NCBI GenBank assembly: GCA_039683575.1
Contig: JBDKRC010000067.1
Span: forward strand, 1 to 19,516
From: Armatimonadia bacterium
Lineage (GTDB): Bacteria > Armatimonadota > Zipacnadia > Zipacnadales > UBA11051
Direction of reading: 5' to 3'
DNA: 19,516 nt
Shown here: positions 17,725 to 19,516 of the stretch, in pieces
Position numbering within the stretch: position 1 is the first letter of the stretch
How the letters are laid out: the number at the start of each line of letters is the position of its first letter
Translations under genes and position numbers: made by a program
Notes under the pieces: generated by a model
Databases searched by the model: none
Told to the model about the DNA's origin: nothing
Seen by the model: only the letters and a program-made list of their open reading frames with translations

Positions 17725-18480
17725 TTAGAGTCCTATATCATTAGCATTACGATATAGGACTCTTTCTCTGTCATCTTCCCCAAGCCCCGCCTCGACGATT
17801 TTCAGATGCGCCGCCTGCATGTAGAAGTACGGCGCATGGCTACCCAATAACACACGATCGCTCCCAATCGCGTCGCAAAGGTGACGGACTCCCTCAACCC
17901 CCTCGACCCGCGAGATCTCCAGGTAGACCCGGTGGGCCCGGATCAAGTCCGCCTGCTGCTCGCCGAGAGGCAGGCCGAAGCCGCAGAGCAGGAGCGTCAG
18001 ATTCGGGAAGCGGTCCAGCAGTGCCTCAAGGTCCAGTTCAGTCGGCGGAACGAGGCAGTGCCAGTGGTGCAGGCGTTCGTCTACCACTTTATGGTAGATA
18101 GCGACAGACACCTGTTGCTCGGCGAGCTGCCCCAGCAGGTCGCAGGCGCAGTCGTCGGCGAGATCATACCCATGATAGTTCGGATATAGCCGCACCCCCG
18201 CCATCCCCTCCCCCATTACCTCGCGCAGGTCATTTTCCCACCGCGGAAAGTTCGGGTTGATGGTCGCCCAGGGAATCAGACGGTCCTCGTGGCCACTGAT
18301 TCGCTCGCGTAGCAGGGCGTTGGCGGCGGCCATGTCGCGGTAGAAGATGCCCTCGAAGGCACCCACCCACGCCTGCGTTACCCCGTGGCGGTCCATGAGA
18401 CTGACGAAGTCAGAAGCCGTGCTGCAGGCCAGGCGGCGGAAGGGCCATTCGCCGAGAGAGCAGTTGGTATCGATGATCAT
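17725..18480 (-). CDS. Amidohydrolase-fold protein with degenerate metal motifs
   Basis: Motifs: 'MIIDTNCSLGEWPFRRL', 'GVRLYPNYHGY', 'RVLLGSHAPYFY'. It shares an ATGA overlap with the upstream amidohydrolase. Confidence 0.8.
   Translation of the reverse strand: MIIDTNCSLGEWPFRRLACSTASDFVSLMDRHGVTQAWVGAFEGIFYRDMAAANALLRERISGHEDRLIPWATINPNFPRWENDLREVMGEGMAGVRLYPNYHGYDLADDCACDLLGQLAEQQVSVAIYHKVVDERLHHWHCLVPPTELDLEALLDRFPNLTLLLCGFGLPLGEQQADLIRAHRVYLEISRVEGVEGVRHLCDAIGSDRVLLGSHAPYFYMQAAHLKIVEAGLGEDDRERVLYRNANDIGL
17727..17763. repeat. Perfect 13-bp inverted repeat with an 11-nt spacer, inside a CDS 3' end
   Basis: AGAGTCCTATATC-ATTAGCATTAC-GATATAGGACTCT. Confidence 0.92.
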
Positions 18481-19229
18481 GCTGGCATCAACCTCAGGAG
18501 ATTCTCGCCCAGCATCAGGCGCTTGGCATCGTCAGGAATGTCGGCCCCAGTGATCTTGGCCATCTGGGAAGCGAAGCTGCGGCCCGTGGCGTCCGAGCCG
18601 AAGACCAGCCGCTCCGGGCCAAGGAGGCTGACGGCGAGTTCGGTAAAGCCGCTTTCGGGGTCGTTGCCGCAGGTATCGGGGTAGATATTCGGCTGGTCGG
18701 CGACGAGGCGCAGCCCGCGTTCCCAGTCGCCGCCGGCATGGGCCATGATGAAGTTGACCTTCGGGTGGCGGCGGGCGAGCGCCAGGAGGTGGGCTGGCTC
18801 AGACTCGGTGGGCATGTTGCCCGTGGTCTTGAACCAAGTATGCTGCAGGACCGGGAGGCCAAGCTGGCTGGCGTACCCGCAGATTGGGTCGTTGCCCGCC
18901 ACGTCGCAAAGCTGGCAGACCCAGAGCTTGAGGCCCTTGAAGCCGCGGGCGTAGTACTCGTCGATGAGTTCCAGCGAGAGCTCGGGATGGTTCGGACTGA
19001 CGTAGACGAAGCCCAGCAGCCGGTCGGGGGCAACGGCGACGGCCTCGGCAGCCCATTCGTTCTGGCGGCAGAGCTCTTTGGCGTCGGGCTGGGCCACGAG
19101 GCGTTCGCCGAGGCAGATGCAGGCTTTGTCTATGCCGAGGCGGTCCATGCAGCGCAGCAGGCGGGCCACGGCGTCGGCCTGGCACTCGCCGGCGCGGCAG
19201 TGCAGATGGACATGGCAATCGATGACCAA
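18477..19229 (-). CDS. Amidohydrolase family protein (Amidohydro_2 type)
   Basis: Start reassigned to TTG at 19229 (MVIDCHVH), downstream of GGGAG. Motifs: 'FKGLKLW', 'PVLQHTW', 'MAHAGGDW', 'FGSD..GRSF.SQ.AK'. Confidence 0.88.
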   Translation of the reverse strand: MVIDCHVHLHCRAGECQADAVARLLRCMDRLGIDKACICLGERLVAQPDAKELCRQNEWAAEAVAVAPDRLLGFVYVSPNHPELSLELIDEYYARGFKGLKLWVCQLCDVAGNDPICGYASQLGLPVLQHTWFKTTGNMPTESEPAHLLALARRHPKVNFIMAHAGGDWERGLRLVADQPNIYPDTCGNDPESGFTELAVSLLGPERLVFGSDATGRSFASQMAKITGADIPDDAKRLMLGENLLRLMPA

Positions 19230-19245
19230 GTGATTCACGCTCCCT

Positions 19246-19405
19246 GGGAGCGGGCGGGACGCCCGCACTACGCGTGGAGGAATGGCGACATGTGCTCGTA
19301 GATAACGACTGGGCCGGCTGTGAGACCGCAAGCGGTCTCGGCGCGGCCCCTCCAGAAACGGCGAGACGCCCGCACTAAGCGGTTGGGTTCGGGCGGACCA
19401 CGGTC
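19246..19405 (-). repeat. Cluster of REP-like palindromes
   Basis: Minus strand GTAGTGCGGGCGTCCCGCCCGCTCCC (19271-19246). Degenerate copy TTAGTGCGGGCGTCTCGCCG (19378-19359). GGGCCG...CGGCCC-CTCCA element (19311-19354). Interrupted GGGCGGAC-CACG-GTC (19391-19405). Confidence 0.7.
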
Positions 19406-19516
19406 CTACCCATTACACACATCTATGTTCTTTGCAATCATGACGCCTAGGACGATGTTGTGCAGTCTCTCCAGGCCAGCCCAGAGCACTTTGATACCGG
19501 GTTCGCCGTCGCCTTT
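19406..19516 (-). mobile_element. Right end of an IS4-family (IS50/Tn5-like) insertion sequence: transposase C-terminus plus terminal inverted repeat
   Basis: Manual translation KGDGEPGIKVLWAGLERLHNIVLGVMIAKNIDVCNG* matches the 'RKGDGEPG.K.LW.GL.RL' dimerisation-domain motif. The end CTACCCATTACACACATCT (19406-19424) matches the Tn5 mosaic end CTGTCTCTTATACACATCT at 14/19 and overlaps the stop codon. Confidence 0.88.

Noticed and set aside
17727-17763. dif site, loxP-type site or CRISPR repeat interpretation of the palindrome
   Set aside because: There is no XerD arm (TTATGTTAAAT-like), the 11-nt spacer exceeds the usual 6-8 nt, and it is a single copy with no spacers or cas genes.
19230-19331. 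N-terminal extension of the 284-aa amidohydrolase ORF
   Set aside because: It runs through REP palindromes. Family members start at 'M.ID.H.H'.
1-19516. tRNA, rRNA, CRISPR array, reverse transcriptase/DGR or prophage genes
   Set aside because: None recognised by eye. A covariance-model search would be needed to exclude small ncRNAs.

Overview
GC-rich bacterial window (about 65% GC in a hand-counted line). The DUF1559 prepilin form suggests Armatimonadota; this is inference only. Left to right it contains: a partial TPR gene; a carbohydrate locus (a ~1290-aa secreted multi-CBM glycoside-hydrolase-like gene diverging from a DUF1559/H-X9-DG prepilin-like gene, a secreted GH42-like protein and a URO-D-like protein); a lower-GC Mrr-type restriction endonuclease beside an unannotated carboxylesterase gene remnant; an ECF sigma / zinc anti-sigma operon with two paralogous secreted tandem LamG/ConA-like proteins; a divergent GH36/27-like glycosidase; three amidohydrolases; and the right end of an IS4 (IS50/Tn5-like) element. 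Structure outside the ORF track includes GTAG/GGAG REP-like palindromes (two carrying nested hairpins), an IS end apparently inserted in a REP, a C11 tract in an interdomain linker, and an AT-rich perfect 13-bp inverted repeat inside a gene's 3' end. All family calls come from motif recognition, not database searches.
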